Positions 1-14,100 of a stretch of DNA of 64,000 nt are shown here, one piece after another. Below the pieces are notes generated by a model, which was not told where the DNA came from, searched no databases, and saw only the letters and a program-made list of their open reading frames with translations. Positions within the stretch are counted from its first letter, which is position 1. Every line of letters starts with the position of its first letter. A program made the translations under genes and the position numbers. Origin of the DNA: Eledone cirrhosa (Eukaryota); contig OZ024743.1 in NCBI GenBank assembly GCA_964016885.1, positions 287,060,001-287,124,000 on the forward strand. Reading direction: 5' to 3'.

Positions 1-200
1 AAAATGTTTTGATTTTTTAATATTATTTCTAAAAATATATTTCATTTATCTCCACACAAAATTTCAAATGTTCAAGATAGTAAATATTTTCTAATACTGG
101 TTTCTTATAGACATACAAACCTATCTAATTCATGAGAGAAGGATGCAATTGTATGATATCTGTGCCTTGCTCAAAAATATTATGAATAAAGTGAATTGGC

Positions 201-426
201 TTAACCCTTTTGATACCACACCACCTTTAGTTTTAGGATACAAAACTTTTATTTTATCTATATTTATCTAAAAACATTTCATCATAATCTCGTGTAAGAA
301 CCTTTGATAAGTTATGTTCCATACACCAGCTAAATAATGAGAAAGTCCTATTTTCTGATTATTTTCAAAATGATTTGTAAATCATAGGCAGTGTCTTTCC
401 ATTGAAATATGGTAAGGAAAGGTTAA
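201..426. mobile_element. TTAA-flanked MITE (piggyBac-like ends); relatives at ~6361-6598, ~13775-14467 and ~63800
   Basis: Begins ttaaCCCTTT and ends AAGGttaa; shares internal sequence with the other copies. Confidence 0.6.
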
Positions 427-879
427 ATAATAAATCAATATTAACTAATATTGTAACAAACATCATTGTATGATAACAGGACAGCAAACAAAATTTACAT
501 TAGTTTCACACTTTTTGTTATATCCATCTCATTTTATTTATTTTACTAACAGACTTGAGAATAACATGAACAACTCCACTTAGCACGGGTGTGCTACTGT
601 AAGAAGTTGGTATTCATCATCATCATCATCTTCATTTAACGTCCATTTTCCATGCTAGCATGGGTTAGGTATTATATAATAAATATGACATTGTGGCTGT
701 AGGACAGAATGAAACATTGAGAAATACTGAGGTGAGAACAAAACTATATCCTCATTCAGTATATTATTGCTATAGTTGTACAGGTGTGCTACATTTGAGA
801 CAAAAATATAATTGTTTAAATTACTGAGAATAAATCCTTTTTGGCACTTTTCATCAAATTTTAGGGGTTAGTAATAATG

Positions 880-1330
880 GTTTCTCATTTAGACACAGGA
901 CCAGAAATTTGAAGGAAGACAACAGTTGATTGTATCGACCCCAGTACTGGATTGGTACTTTATTTTATCAACCTCAGGAGGATGAAAGGCTGACTTCAAT
1001 GGGATTTAAACTTAAAACTTAGAGTCTAAAGAGTTGGACCAAATATCACATAGTATTTGTTGATACTCTAATAATTCTGTCAATTCACTGACCTCTAGGA
1101 GTAACTAATAATGGTCTCTAATTTACTCACAAGACCAGCAAGTTGGGGGTGTGAAGAAGAAAGTCGATTAAATTGACCCCAGTACTTGATTGGTACTTTA
1201 TTTCATTGACCCCAGAAGAATGAAACGCAAAGTTAACCTCAGCTGGATTTAATCTCAAGAGATAGATTCAAAACAAATACTTCAAAGCATTTTGTCTGAC
1301 ACGAACGATTCTGCTAATTCACCACTCTTA
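880..1330 (-). mobile_element. Two tandem tRNA-derived SINE copies (Nin/Deu-like core)
   Basis: Reverse complement of the core gcctttcatcct..ggggtcgataaaataaagtaccag, shared with >12 copies in the window. Confidence 0.75.
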
Positions 1331-2038
1331 GGGGTAAGTAATAATAAATATAAACACACACAGACATTAGGTCATATATATAATTTCCAGAGATAGCTAT
1401 CTGAGTGTTACCGTTGTTATTGGTGCAGTATTACAACTGATATTTACACATTGATACAACATGATGAAGCTATATTTACATTACTGCACTTTAGTAATTA
1501 TTGAGTAGATGCAAGATATATATATATATATATATTCAAAATAGGGGGCACATATATAATAGAAGAATAGTCAACTGAATTAATTCATGATAGGATGAAA
1601 GGTAAAGTTCATTCTCAGAATGCAAAGGAAAAAGATTAAACAGTGTAAGTTGTCTTAATAAACCATTCTCCCATTTCTGCCAATTCAGCAAATAAAAGGA
1701 GCAAATCATTGCAATACAGTATCTGCTACAGCTTCTTACATCTATACACATAGCAGTTGCTATGTGTAAGTTTATAGTGATTCACCATACTGAGCAGAGA
1801 GAAAATAAACCTCCATTGAAATTTGTACAAGTAAGGAAGTAGATGTAGATGCTGTCAATTAACTAGTTTGAAACAATAATACAATCATATGCATCTGTCG
1901 AATTTTGTTGTTTGCTTTTGAGCAATAACGTAAGAGAAGGTTATAATGATAGTAGAGCTAGCAAAAACATATCTAAACCACCTAAAAATGTTCAAAGCTA
2001 TCAGTTGATGTTGAACAATTGTTAAATTGCTTCAGATC

Positions 2039-2140
2039 TTAGAGATGTGCTATTGCTTGATTCACTCGTGACCGTGTAGTCCGACCAATTGCAAAGCTGA
2101 TAAACTGGCCAGCTTCAATGAGTTTCGGCAAATCAATTCC
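2039..2140 (-). CDS. HMGCL: HMGCL exon 10 ([33 protein letters not shown])
   Basis: CAG acceptor, TAA stop, resembles the vertebrate last exon. Confidence 0.95.
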   Translation of the reverse strand, partial: GIDLPKLIEAGQFISFAIGRTTRSRVNQAIAHL

Positions 2141-5100
2141 CTGTGAAAAATAAAAAGATAAAATTACATTAACACACAAAATATTAGGTGCTGACACTAA
2201 GAGAAATAAGAGATAGGTGCTGGCAAGTTATATATACATATATGGTACTAAAAACAGTAAAAGTTAGGTGTTGACAATTAAAATACCCATATATGGTACT
2301 AGAAATAGTAAAAGAAGTAAGAGGTAGGTGTTGACAACTGAAATATAGTACTAAAAACGGTAAAAGTTAGGCATTGACAACTGAAATATCCATATATGGT
2401 ACTGAAAACAGAGAAATAAGAGGTAAGTGCTAACAAGTAAAATATCTGTAGCGCTCTCTAGACAAAGGGAAGTAGCTAGAGTTACTTCGCGTAGAATTTC
2501 TAGAACATTCCTTGAACTTCCGTTCCAGGTATTATAAAAGAAAGAGAAAAGGGCAATCTCTCTCTTTGGCAACAGGCTCACGAACTGACCACACCGAGCA
2601 CAAATATGTTAAGCTTTTTCTAATCCTATCTTGTATTTCAGGATGACACTTCTATCATGTAACAAGGTACGTTTTGTTACCAAATTGTAATACACGCACT
2701 ACAATAAATACCAATTGTTATTGATACTCGTTTTGAGATATTCGTCATGCTTCAATTATTACTTCGAATGTAGAGAGATAATTCTAACCAAAGAAAATTA
2801 CATAAAAGTTCTTCTTTCAAATTAAATTAGTGGTTGGCATGCAGTGGTATTTACTGGAGTAAATAACCCTATAACCAACCCACTAAATATCCATATAAAA
2901 CACTAGAAACAGTAAGAGAAGCTAGAAACTAGAGGAAATGAAAGTTTAAATAATGAAGACAGTTTGATAAAAGATATTTTGTAACCATGAAAACTAATTT
3001 CATTTCTGTTGATACAGCATCGTCATTATTTTTATGTTTGTTTTTCTATGTTGGTGTGGGCCAGACAGGGCATTGTGAACACTAGAATATAATGTTAGTG
3101 TGCATGAACTGCAGAGCACAAGTGAGCCAAGAGAAAAGCTGGATACAAGTTGAAATAAATGTAGTGTATAAGAAAAGCTTCTTCATAGCTGTAGTTGAGT
3201 CGATTCTTTTGTATGGCTCCTCAGAATGGACAATAACAAAAAGATTAGAGAACAAACTTGATGGAACATACATCCAAATGCTGCACATAGTGCTTAACAG
3301 GTCCTGGAAGCAGCATTCTTCCTGTATCAGCTTTAGTTAGGGAAAGAAGAATAAGATATGCTAGGCACTGCTATCGAAGCAAAAATGAGCTTGTTAGTGG
3401 TCTTCTTTTGTGGATGCCAACCCATGGACATTCTCACATTGGGCATCCTCTGACGATTTATATCGGCAAACTGACTAAAGATGTTAGTTTGACAATCAAA
3501 AACCTGAAAACAGCGATGGAGGACAGGGACATCTGGAGACAGAGAGTGGAGTTGGCCCAAGCAATTCACCTAATCTGATGATGATGGAGAGAGAAGACTG
3601 TGCTGATCTGAGTATGTGATAGGTATGGAGGATATTATTTGTATAAAGTGCTGAATATTTGAAGTGGATGAAACCTGCAAAAGTGGGTGTCCTAGAAAAA
3701 CATAGAATTGGTGATACTGATTTCCAGAAGCTAAACCTCACAAAGATGACAAAAACTGCGACAACTGACATGAGGTGCTGAAGAAGACCCACCTGTTCAT
3801 TTAAGCATGGCAAGTTTTACAGAGTACAAGGAAACCTCTCTAGCACTCATGCACTCAGTACACTGTAAAGAGGCTGGCAAATGAAAAGAGACAACATAAG
3901 AGAAAGAGGACATGACAGCTTCTCTTGTGTTGGTGCCATGATAAAATACACCCAATCACACTCTCAAGTAATTGGCATTAGGAAGGGAATTCAGCCATAC
4001 AAACCATGCACGATATGGCTCTCTGACTTGTTTATGAGGGCAGTAACCCCTAAAAAGAACTGATTTCGACCATAATGATGTGTCCAACCCATGTCAGCAG
4101 ATGTAAATTAATCCTGATGATAACGATAATGAAATCCTTATAAAAAATAACACCACTTTTGCCCTTATGAGGTTAACAATTGAAGTACAAGTATTCAATA
4201 CTTACTGTTTTGATTGCTAAACCATGAAGCATATAAACTACATCTTCTGTTGCTACATTACCACTGGCCCCACGAGCATATGGACAACCACCAAGACCTG
4301 ATACTGAACTGTCAACAACACTGACTCCCATCTGAAAAGGAATATTAGTAAATATAATTATTCAACAAACGTTTTCATGTTTTCTATTCTTAAAATCAAA
4401 ACAACTTCATATGAGTTACATCATCATCATCATCATTTTACGTCCGCTTTTTCCCTGCTTGCAAGGGTGAGACGGGAACTGATTCTGGCTTGATTTCTAC
4501 AGCTGGATGCCCTTCCTAACACCAACCTCATTTACAGTGAGTGCTGGGTGATTTTTTTTTCCGTGGCGCCTACACGTCCACTTTACAGTGTGGGCTGGGT
4601 GCTTTTTTGCCATGGCACCTCCACGACCACTTTGTAGTGGAATGATAGGGACCTCAGTCCTATCATCTCATTTCTACAGCTGAGTAAACAGGAGCAATGT
4701 GAAATAAAGTGTCTTGCTCAAGGAAACAACACATCACCCGCTCTGAGAATTGAACTCATAACCTTTCGATTGCAAGGCCAATGCTCTAACCACTAAACCA
4801 TGTGCCTCCATTATTACATACGTATGAATTTGCATATTCATTGTTTTTCTCAGGCAGAATTGTTAGAATACAAGAAGCTGAAACGGGGCTTCCTCAAAAG
4901 GGTCTTTGGAATAACATTACTTGATAGAGTGCATAACTCGAAGATCAGAGAGTCGTTCCAGGTAGAGTCCCTACTTCTCCAAATTGAGAGATCATAGCTC
5001 CCATATTACTGACACATGGTTAGAATGTCTCAGGAAAGAATTGCTGGAGAGATTTTACAGTCAAAACTAACCGGCAGGAGACCGAGGGGTTGACCCTAAG

Positions 5101-8100
5101 CAAGATGGTTGGATAACATCCATAAGCTCAGCTGGTTTCTCATGAGGATCCAGCCAGATCAATTTGAAACAGTTGCTTCTGACAGGGCCTGCCGGAAGCC
5201 GTGCTTAAGGAGTTTGCCCCCATGACCTCCCAGGAATAAGTAGAAAAAGAGTTGTTAGAACGTCAGATAAACTATCTTGTGGTATTTGCTCTGGCTCTGA
5301 GTTCAAATCCCACTGAGGTTAATTTTGTCTTTCTTCCTTTCAGGGTTGATAAAATAAAGTACCAGTCCAAAGTAGTAGATTGGGAAAATTGCTCAAGCAT
5401 TGGACAAGATGCTTTGCAGTATCTGTTCCAATATTTTGTGTTCTAAGTTCAAATTGTGCCTGTGGATTCAAATGCTATCGATAGCCAAGGTTAATCATCT
5501 GACCATGAGACCAGGATTAATTATGAATGCTGCAATGAGTGAAGAAGAATTGTGGTCCTCTGCTACTGCAGTCAAATGATGATGATGTATTTTTCCCAGC
5601 ACAGATACACCCAACAGGTTCTATGTAGTTGCTAGCCAACCATAGCATTAAACAAGTTCTCCACCCTTCCTTTATATGGTGTGATTTTGTAGGGTGATGA
5701 GTGGGAGGTGAGAGGGTAATCTCCGATAGCATGGGGTGGGATATTGAAGACCATCCCCTCCCTTATGGCAGGCTTTGATACAGTTTTTATTTAACACATT
5801 TCAAGATACTTACTTGCCCAAGATACCACACAGTATGACTGAACATGAAACCATGAGGTATCAAAGCAAATTTCTTAACAACACAGTCACACTTGTGCCT
5901 ATCTGTGTAAGAAACCATTATTATGATCCTTTAATTCTACCAAACAAACAGCACAAACCTGTAACGCTGCAAAAATATTTGCTAGAGCTTGTCCATAGGT
6001 GTCATGACAATGTACAGCAAGTTTCTCAACTGGCACCACATCACGTACTGTTGAAATGAGCCTCTTCATCTTACCCGGTGTGCCAACACCTATCGTGTCA
6101 CCAAGAGATATTTCATAGCAGCCAAGATCCAACATTGATTTACACACCTGCAAAAAAATAATTTTTAAAAATATTTTATCTATCATTAAGATTTGTGTTC
6201 CAGGTAGTGAATTGGCAGAGTTGTAAATGTGTTGGATTAAATGCCTCTATGTTAGTTCTGGCTCTCTGTACTCAAATCCTGCTGATGCCAACTTTGCCTT
6301 TCATTCTTTCAGGGTTGATAAATAAAGTATCAACTCAAAGACAGTGGATTGGCAGAATTATTAACCCTTTCAATACCAAACTGCCTGAAACTGCCCATGA
6401 TTTTATGATACAAACCTATTTGTTTTAAGGAGTTATATTTATTTAAGACCTTTGGTTAAGTTATGCTCCAAACAACAACTTAACAATGAGAATGTTAGTT
6501 ATATTACTAAACTAATCCAAATTCTTGATTATTTTCAAAAATTATTTGAAAATCATAGGAAATATTTTTCATTAGAAATATGGTAACAAAATGGTTAAAA
6601 CATCAGATGAGATGCTCTGCAGTATTTTCAACCAATAGATAGTATCAGCAATGGAAAGGCCAATGGAAACATACTTTCCTTAGTCCAAACTAACGATCAA
6701 CATTTTACCAGCAAGTGAGTGGTGTTCTTGTGCAAAGCACTTCATTTCACAAAGCGAAAAAATGAGTAGCAGAAGCAGGAGCTTGACTTTGCAATGCACT
6801 GAAGTCCCATCCAGGGAGCAGTCTAAAACCCTCATTTGCTAAATGTCATATGAAACTAGGATAAGGTCAGGGCAGATGAGCTTCTAGTCTTAACACATAA
6901 TATTAATAATGATGTATATCATGACTCATACATTGTTCACTTTCCTGACATTTATTTGTACATTACTCTATGTACTATACATGCACTTTTGATGAGTTGT
7001 ACTGCACCTGAGCACTGTACACAATAATTTTCATTATTTATGTTGTAAGGCTTTTCTGCAAAAGCCTAGACATCAAATTTTAACTGCTTCATATATGAAC
7101 TTCCACTTGTCTTAGAAAGTGACAATCTGAAAATACTATGATTTGTTCATCAATTAAACTTCCAGATATCACTTCTATATGTATGGACTCCTGATGGTCT
7201 TGTAGAGGTGCCATAGTGACATTCATTGGTATTCTATTGCCATTTTAAACCTGGCATAGCCCATCCCTCTCCATGTCAGCTGGTTTTTCACAGGGAAGAG
7301 TGAGAGAGAGGAAGTAAAAAAGAAATATAGAGGAAGAATCGTCCCACCATACTGAACTGGTACTTTTTTCTATCAACTTCAAAAGAATAAAAAACAAAGA
7401 TGACCCTGGCAGGATTTGAACTCAGAAAGCCAGAATGAATACTACAAAGTATTCTATCCAATGTTATAACAAGTCTACAAATTCTCTGCCTCTGATATCA
7501 TTTATCATGATAGAAATGACAATAGTGTATAATGTGACAGAAATACCATATGACTCATCTCATCAATACAAGCATACAAAAACAGATGTAAAAATGTTGA
7601 AACATTTATCATTGAGTGAAAAATAAAAAAAGAATGGTTTTTATAATGTGTCTTACATCAGCCACTTTCTCTGGATTTATATCTCCTTCGTAAGGACAGC
7701 CAAGTACGCATGACACATAGCTAGAAAAGAAATGGAAATTGATAATTATATATATTTGTTTAATAAAAATAAATTATTGGATTAAGGAATATGAAATGCT
7801 TCTTGTAATTAAAACATTTTGAGTTAACAAGTTAACAGTTTTTGTGTATTCTGAAATGGCTAAATACATCAAGGTTCAAACATGATTGTCACAAGTTTGC
7901 TTTGCCACTTCATGAATTATAGTTTGATGCATCTCTCTCGGTGCATCTTTATATCAACACTGTTAAAAACAAGCTGTAACATATATTTATGTCCTAAAGC
8001 TAGCTAATTTGATGAAGATAGCAATGCAAAACATCCATAAAGTTAAAATAAGAGTTAGAGTTAAGAAGGGCACATTATCTGGTTGTAGAACACTACCTCA

Positions 8101-11100
8101 TCATAGTAACATCAGAGATATAATCACACATACATATACCTGCATACATATACATCATCATTATAATTAGTTTTATAACCACTTTTCCATGCTCGTATGG
8201 GTTGGATGAGGCTATTAGTGGCTGAAATCTATAGCTAGATGCCTCTCCTGGTGCCAATACCAACTTATTTTTTAAGTAAGGCATGAATCTTTACATATCT
8301 AACCATTGAGCAGTGAGATCTCTTTACATAGAATGTAAACAAATATCACCACTTGACGTCAAATGCAAAGAGAAGAGAAGACATAAACACACATGTGCAT
8401 ACACACTGACACACAGACACATATTGGGTTCTGATCTGATTGTAGAAGCCTACAAAAGAAAAACTCAATATATATGATATAGTTTTCATCATCATCTCAT
8501 CACTGTTTTACATCTATTTTCCAGGCTAGACAGATCAGATGACTGTGTCTCATTTATATATTCCATTCTGGCATGGTTTCTACAGCTAGATGCACTTCCT
8601 AATGTCAACCACTTCACGGTGTGTACTTGGTCAACTGGGTGTTTTTTTATTGTGGCATCAGCACTACAATTTTCGATTTATCCATTTTCTTACAACCTAG
8701 TTAAAATGTTTCAGCAAAGCATGTAATAACCTAACTGAAACCAGTTCCTGATATAAATCAATGATACAGATATTTAGGGCTTTAAAACATCAGTAAAATA
8801 AAAACTAAATAAAATAAAGCATTCATTTCCAACAGAATTGATTTAACCTTTAGTTGTTATGTTTACTATATGTATGACTGGTGTACAAATGTGTTGAAAG
8901 AAAAGCCAGGATGTGTGCAGAAGATAAGATTGCATTGGTATGGCTACATAATGTACCAACATGATGATCGTTTGGTTAAGAAGTAAGTGCTAAGAGTTCT
9001 AAGTGGGAGAAAGCTGTGGTAAAGGAATACCAAAGTAGAGGAGGTGAAAGCTAATCTCGGAATGCTGAATCTCACAAAGGAGATGACAAAAGAAAGAAAC
9101 AAATGGAGAGATGTTGTACTGAAGATGACTTGTCTAACACATACATATATACATACGAGGGTAGGCTAAAAATGTCATAGGCTGACTATGAAAGAGTGAT
9201 GCTAGAGCTGTGAAATCTTGCATGCATTAATTTCAAATCTTTTTATTAATAACTGCATTGTTTCTTTCCAGGGACTATGTCAAAAAATAAACCCCATTTG
9301 GTCATTCGATGAGAGTATTTTGGTCAGCCTATGAACTTTTCAGCTGATCCTCATAGAAAAAAATGATGATGATAGTGATGTTTGATAGCTACTTACCCTC
9401 GGACAGGAATTTCATTTTCCTGTGCTGCTTTTGTCACTTCTTCAAAACGTTTCAGACTTTCTTCAATGGAACAATTGATATTTTTTCTTTTTATAACAAA
9501 TAAAAATGAAGACATATATATATCATGACATCTCAACTAAAGTTGTAGAAAAGGAAAATATCTAAGGTAAATAAATATAAAACCTACATCTATGTTATGT
9601 TCTCATTATACAATCAATCATTAGTGCAATATGTTAGTATATATGTTGTGTCGTGGCTTTATGATTAGTGCTGGACTCACAATCATGAGGTTGTGAGCAT
9701 GGCTGCTGAAACTTTTCTCAATAGTACCAAAAATTTTGTTTAAAAAGTATCAAAATATGCAAAAACGTATTAAATTCAATTACCCTCTTCAATACACCCC
9801 CTACGTTCTAACACTCCACCCTTCACCCATGTCCTCACACTCCGCCTTTCATTAGCTAAGTGCCCCACCCTACCGCTCCAATCCCCACCCTAGCCACCAG
9901 AACAAGTTACTTGTTGGTAGAAATGCCCATTGTTTTATCTACAAGAACTTTGCTGAATTTAGCTTAGACAATAAATCATTGAAAGCATGGGGACCAATTA
10001 CATTTGATAAAATGTAAGTTCCTTTAGTTCCTGCCCATAAAGCCAGGCAAAAGATCCAAAATAACAATGGGTAGGTTGTGTTCAACAATAAAGCCACACA
10101 GTTTCAGCTCAGCTGATGCTATTTTCATTAAGTGAGCAGAACATTGAGCAGGCTTTCTGAAATCTGTCACCTTCACTGTTTGTTTCGCTGCTTTCACATT
10201 CTTTTGGTGTTTTTCTGTCTCTTTATGCCAATTGTTCAATTTACAGTAGCCTTCACTTGCGTTCTTTTTACTGAATTCCAACCATGATGAACATTTCTCA
10301 TCATTTAATAATTTTGATGGAACTTTTTCATAGAATGTGAATTTCAGTTTTTTCTTCTGAATTTTCATCATTATCAGAATGATATTCTATAATCATTTTT
10401 TTTTCACTCATGATGGGTTCAAAATGTTTCTCAAAAAAGCAAAACAGTAGATATTGAAAGATGACACCACCAAAGCAAACTGCACACCATGACACAACTG
10501 CTTAAACTGAACTGATATGGTTGTCTTCCAATAATTCGTCTTTATATTTAGATGTCCTTGCGTATTGTCAGCCGAAACTATTCAAGTAAAACATCCATTG
10601 ATCAATTGTGAGCAAATAGGGTGTTATTATTGGCTACCAGGATAATAGAGATTACGGTTGGCTTCCAACTTGAACTAATACACAAAAGTGTATTGATGTC
10701 AAGTAAGATCTGACAGGCAAATACATTTAATGGATAGCTTCTCAACATAAAAGTTGTTATAGTTGATGAATGGTAAATCATTAAATGGTGATTTTAGAAT
10801 ATCAATTACTCTCGGATCTTGAATAATCGTCCCTCTCCACTTATTCATTTTTCAGGTGTTTTTCCAACCCCATCACTCTTATTCCAACTTATTAAACTTT
10901 GCTATTCTATCCACAGCAAAATTTTATTTTAACTCATTATTCATGATGAAAAAAGATCATTACAAGATATTCCATACATTATAAAATAAATAGGATGGGC
11001 TGGGGTCTCAATACGTAAACTAAACGATTCATTCTGGTTTATAAAAAATATCAACAAATACCTAGAAAAATTGCCAATTTTCCAAGCAGCAGCATATTGT

Positions 11101-14100
11101 GAAGCATACCTGGTTTTCCATGCTGGCATGGGTTAGACAAGGAAATCAGAGATGTGGGTATGAATAGGGAGTACAATGTATGTGGGAGAGGGTTAGAGTA
11201 GCACATCTTTCTTCCAAGGCGTGGGTTGGACAAGGAAAGTGAATTGGTGATATCAGTGGGATTAGGGAGCATAATGTATGTGTTAGCCCATCTTTCTTCC
11301 ATGCTGGCATGGGTTGAACATTATATCATCGTTATCTAATCTATAATTACTGTAATTACAAAACTAATGTTTTCACAAATAAATAAATAAAAACTTTCAT
11401 TTGTATGGTGAAGAATATGCTATGTATCTATGTGGTTTCAGGTTCAATCCCACTGCATTGCACCTTGGGTAAGTGTCTTCTACCATACTATTCTGTTGAA
11501 CAAAGCCTTGTGAAGGAAATTTAGATGGAAGCTGTGTGGAAGCCAATTTGCTATTTCTTTTCTGGTACCTCATCAACCCCAAAAGGAATTTGAACTCAAA
11601 GTGTAGACAGCTAGAAGAAATACTCACATATTTAATCCAATGCATTAACTCTGTAAATTCACCACCTTTAACTAGGCCATTAGATACCAAACTGCCTGAT
11701 ACCAACCCTGATTCTATGATACAAAGCTGTTTATTTCAAAGTAGTTATCATCATCATCACTGTTAATTTGTCTAACCCATGCAAGAATGGAAAATAGGCG
11801 TTAGTCATATACTGTCGCTAGACAGGCCAGGTGACCACATATTGCTCTATTTTTGACTTGGTTTCTATAGCTTTCTAATGCCATATTTTTATCTCAAAAC
11901 TTTCAATCGTAATTTTACATAAGAAAATGTTATGTTCCAAACACTTGCTTAAAATGAAAAAGCTAGTTATTTTACTAAATTCTTGATTATCTTTAAAATG
12001 TAATGAAATCATAGTGTCTTAGTAAGGAAGTGGCTAAAAGACAAATGCATAGTCACACATAGATCTGTTCTGAATATGAAATAATAGCTCACTTGCTGAA
12101 AGATTCAGATGCTGCACCAAAGATAGCGACTTCATCAGCATTGGCTTTCAACTGAAGAATAAAAGAAAAATGTTCTTTAAAGATACAAAGTACAATAATT
12201 TCTGAGAAAATAAAAGTCTACAGTGAGTGAATCATCACCATCATCATTTTTTGTTTGTTTTTTATTAATATGGATTTCCTGTAACATCTCTTTTGTGAGG
12301 TTCAATAGCTTGAGATCAGCTTTCACCACTTCTGCCCATGTCTTCCTTGGTCTTCCTCTCCCATACATTCCTTCCACTTGGAACTCCTGACATTTCTTCT
12401 CAAAATCATCATCATCAATTTGTGTGACATGTCCATACAACATGATCTTCCCTCTTGTATACTACATAATGTTGAATAGTTGAAGTATTTGGTTACTGAG
12501 CTAGATGTTACAAAATCTCTCCAACCTCAACTTCATTGTATCCTTAAACAGACCAAAAATAGGTCACACTCACAATCACATGACCGATTTGTTTGTTCTA
12601 ATTGTGTGTTGTTCATGTTTAGTGCAGGGGTATTAGTTTCTTGATAGTCTTAGTAATTGTGTGTTTGTACTGGTGACAAAATTGAAACTCAGTGGAGGTT
12701 TTCAAGGTCTCTGTTCAAAGAGGCAGGTGATTTGATGAAATGCCTAGGCTGTGTCTGACACTTGGGTGCAAAAGGTAGTAAGGAGTGAAAAGTATCATTT
12801 GCATAGCAGTGGGGAGGAGGGGGGGGGGGTCTTAAGGTGATGACAAACAGGATGTTGTTGTAGACAAATGCAGAGACAAAACAGAACCTTGATATAATGT
12901 AGGTCATTGTTAGTTTCTGCAGCATATGCAGATATGAGAGGAAGCTTTTGATCCAAAAGATGACAGCTGGATGGACTCCATATGTGGTCAATTTACATAG
13001 AAGATTCTCATGCCAGATACAATTGAATGCTTTGCTGATGTTAAGCCCAACAACACTGTTTTCCCTGAATGTCTCAAGAACAAGAGCCCACTACTGAGTG
13101 AGATAGGAGAGCATGACACCAGTAGACCTCAGTTTACAAAAACAACACTGGTAGTTGTGAAGGATAGAGAGAAATTCAAAGTGTTGGAGAAGGTTATTGT
13201 TAATGACTGTCTTCATCACTTTTGAGATGTTGGGAATGAGCATATACGAAACTCTAGTCCAGTTTCCTTGTGGACCACTGTATGAAACCTTTGTTGAATT
13301 ACCACAGGTTGATATATGCAATTATCTCATCATCATCATTATCATCAATTTTATGTCTGTTTTTTCTATACTTGCATGGGTTAGAGACTTTTGTGGCAGG
13401 TTTTCTAAGACCAAATTCCTTTCCTGATGTTAGCTCATCCTTTATTTTAAGTATGGTATACACATTGCTGATATTTGTCTGACTACTATGCTGCAGGACA
13501 TAGTGTTTATGCATGATAAAAATAAACCTCACTGATGCTTTTCATAAACAGTGTCAATATGATGCTTGAAATTACAGTTGAGTTAGGATATCTCAGTGGT
13601 TCAAGAGTTAAAAAGTGAGAAAATATAGACTTTATATTAAGAATCTAACAATGTATGCTACTGTAGAGACAGATACTATTGTAGAGGGTACTAGGACAGT
13701 TAATATCAGAACTTAATTATTTCCAAAAATATTTCACTGTAAATTTATGACAGCTACTAAAATGCTATGAAGGTTTAACCCTTTCATTACCACATTTTTA
13801 ATGAAAGACACAGCCTATGGTTTTCAAATAACTTTGGAAAGAATCAAGAATTTGGAGAGATTTATGAAATTTTAGTTGAATTACTACAGGCTATTATATT
13901 CAATTACATTATCATTTTTGTCTGCTTTTTCCAGGCTTACATGGGTTAGATGACATAATTGAGGTGGTATGCCTTAATACAAAAGACTTGTCCACTGTAA
14001 CATTAAAAGAAAATATGGCAAGAGGCTACAGTGTTGGGTGTTGGTGATTGAATAGAGACAATATAGGGTTTAAAAAGACTCTTCATTCTAGACAAGTAGG

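Noticed and set aside
5899-6186. Stand-alone 95-aa ORF
   Set aside because: It is HMGCL exon 8 plus intronic read-through on both sides
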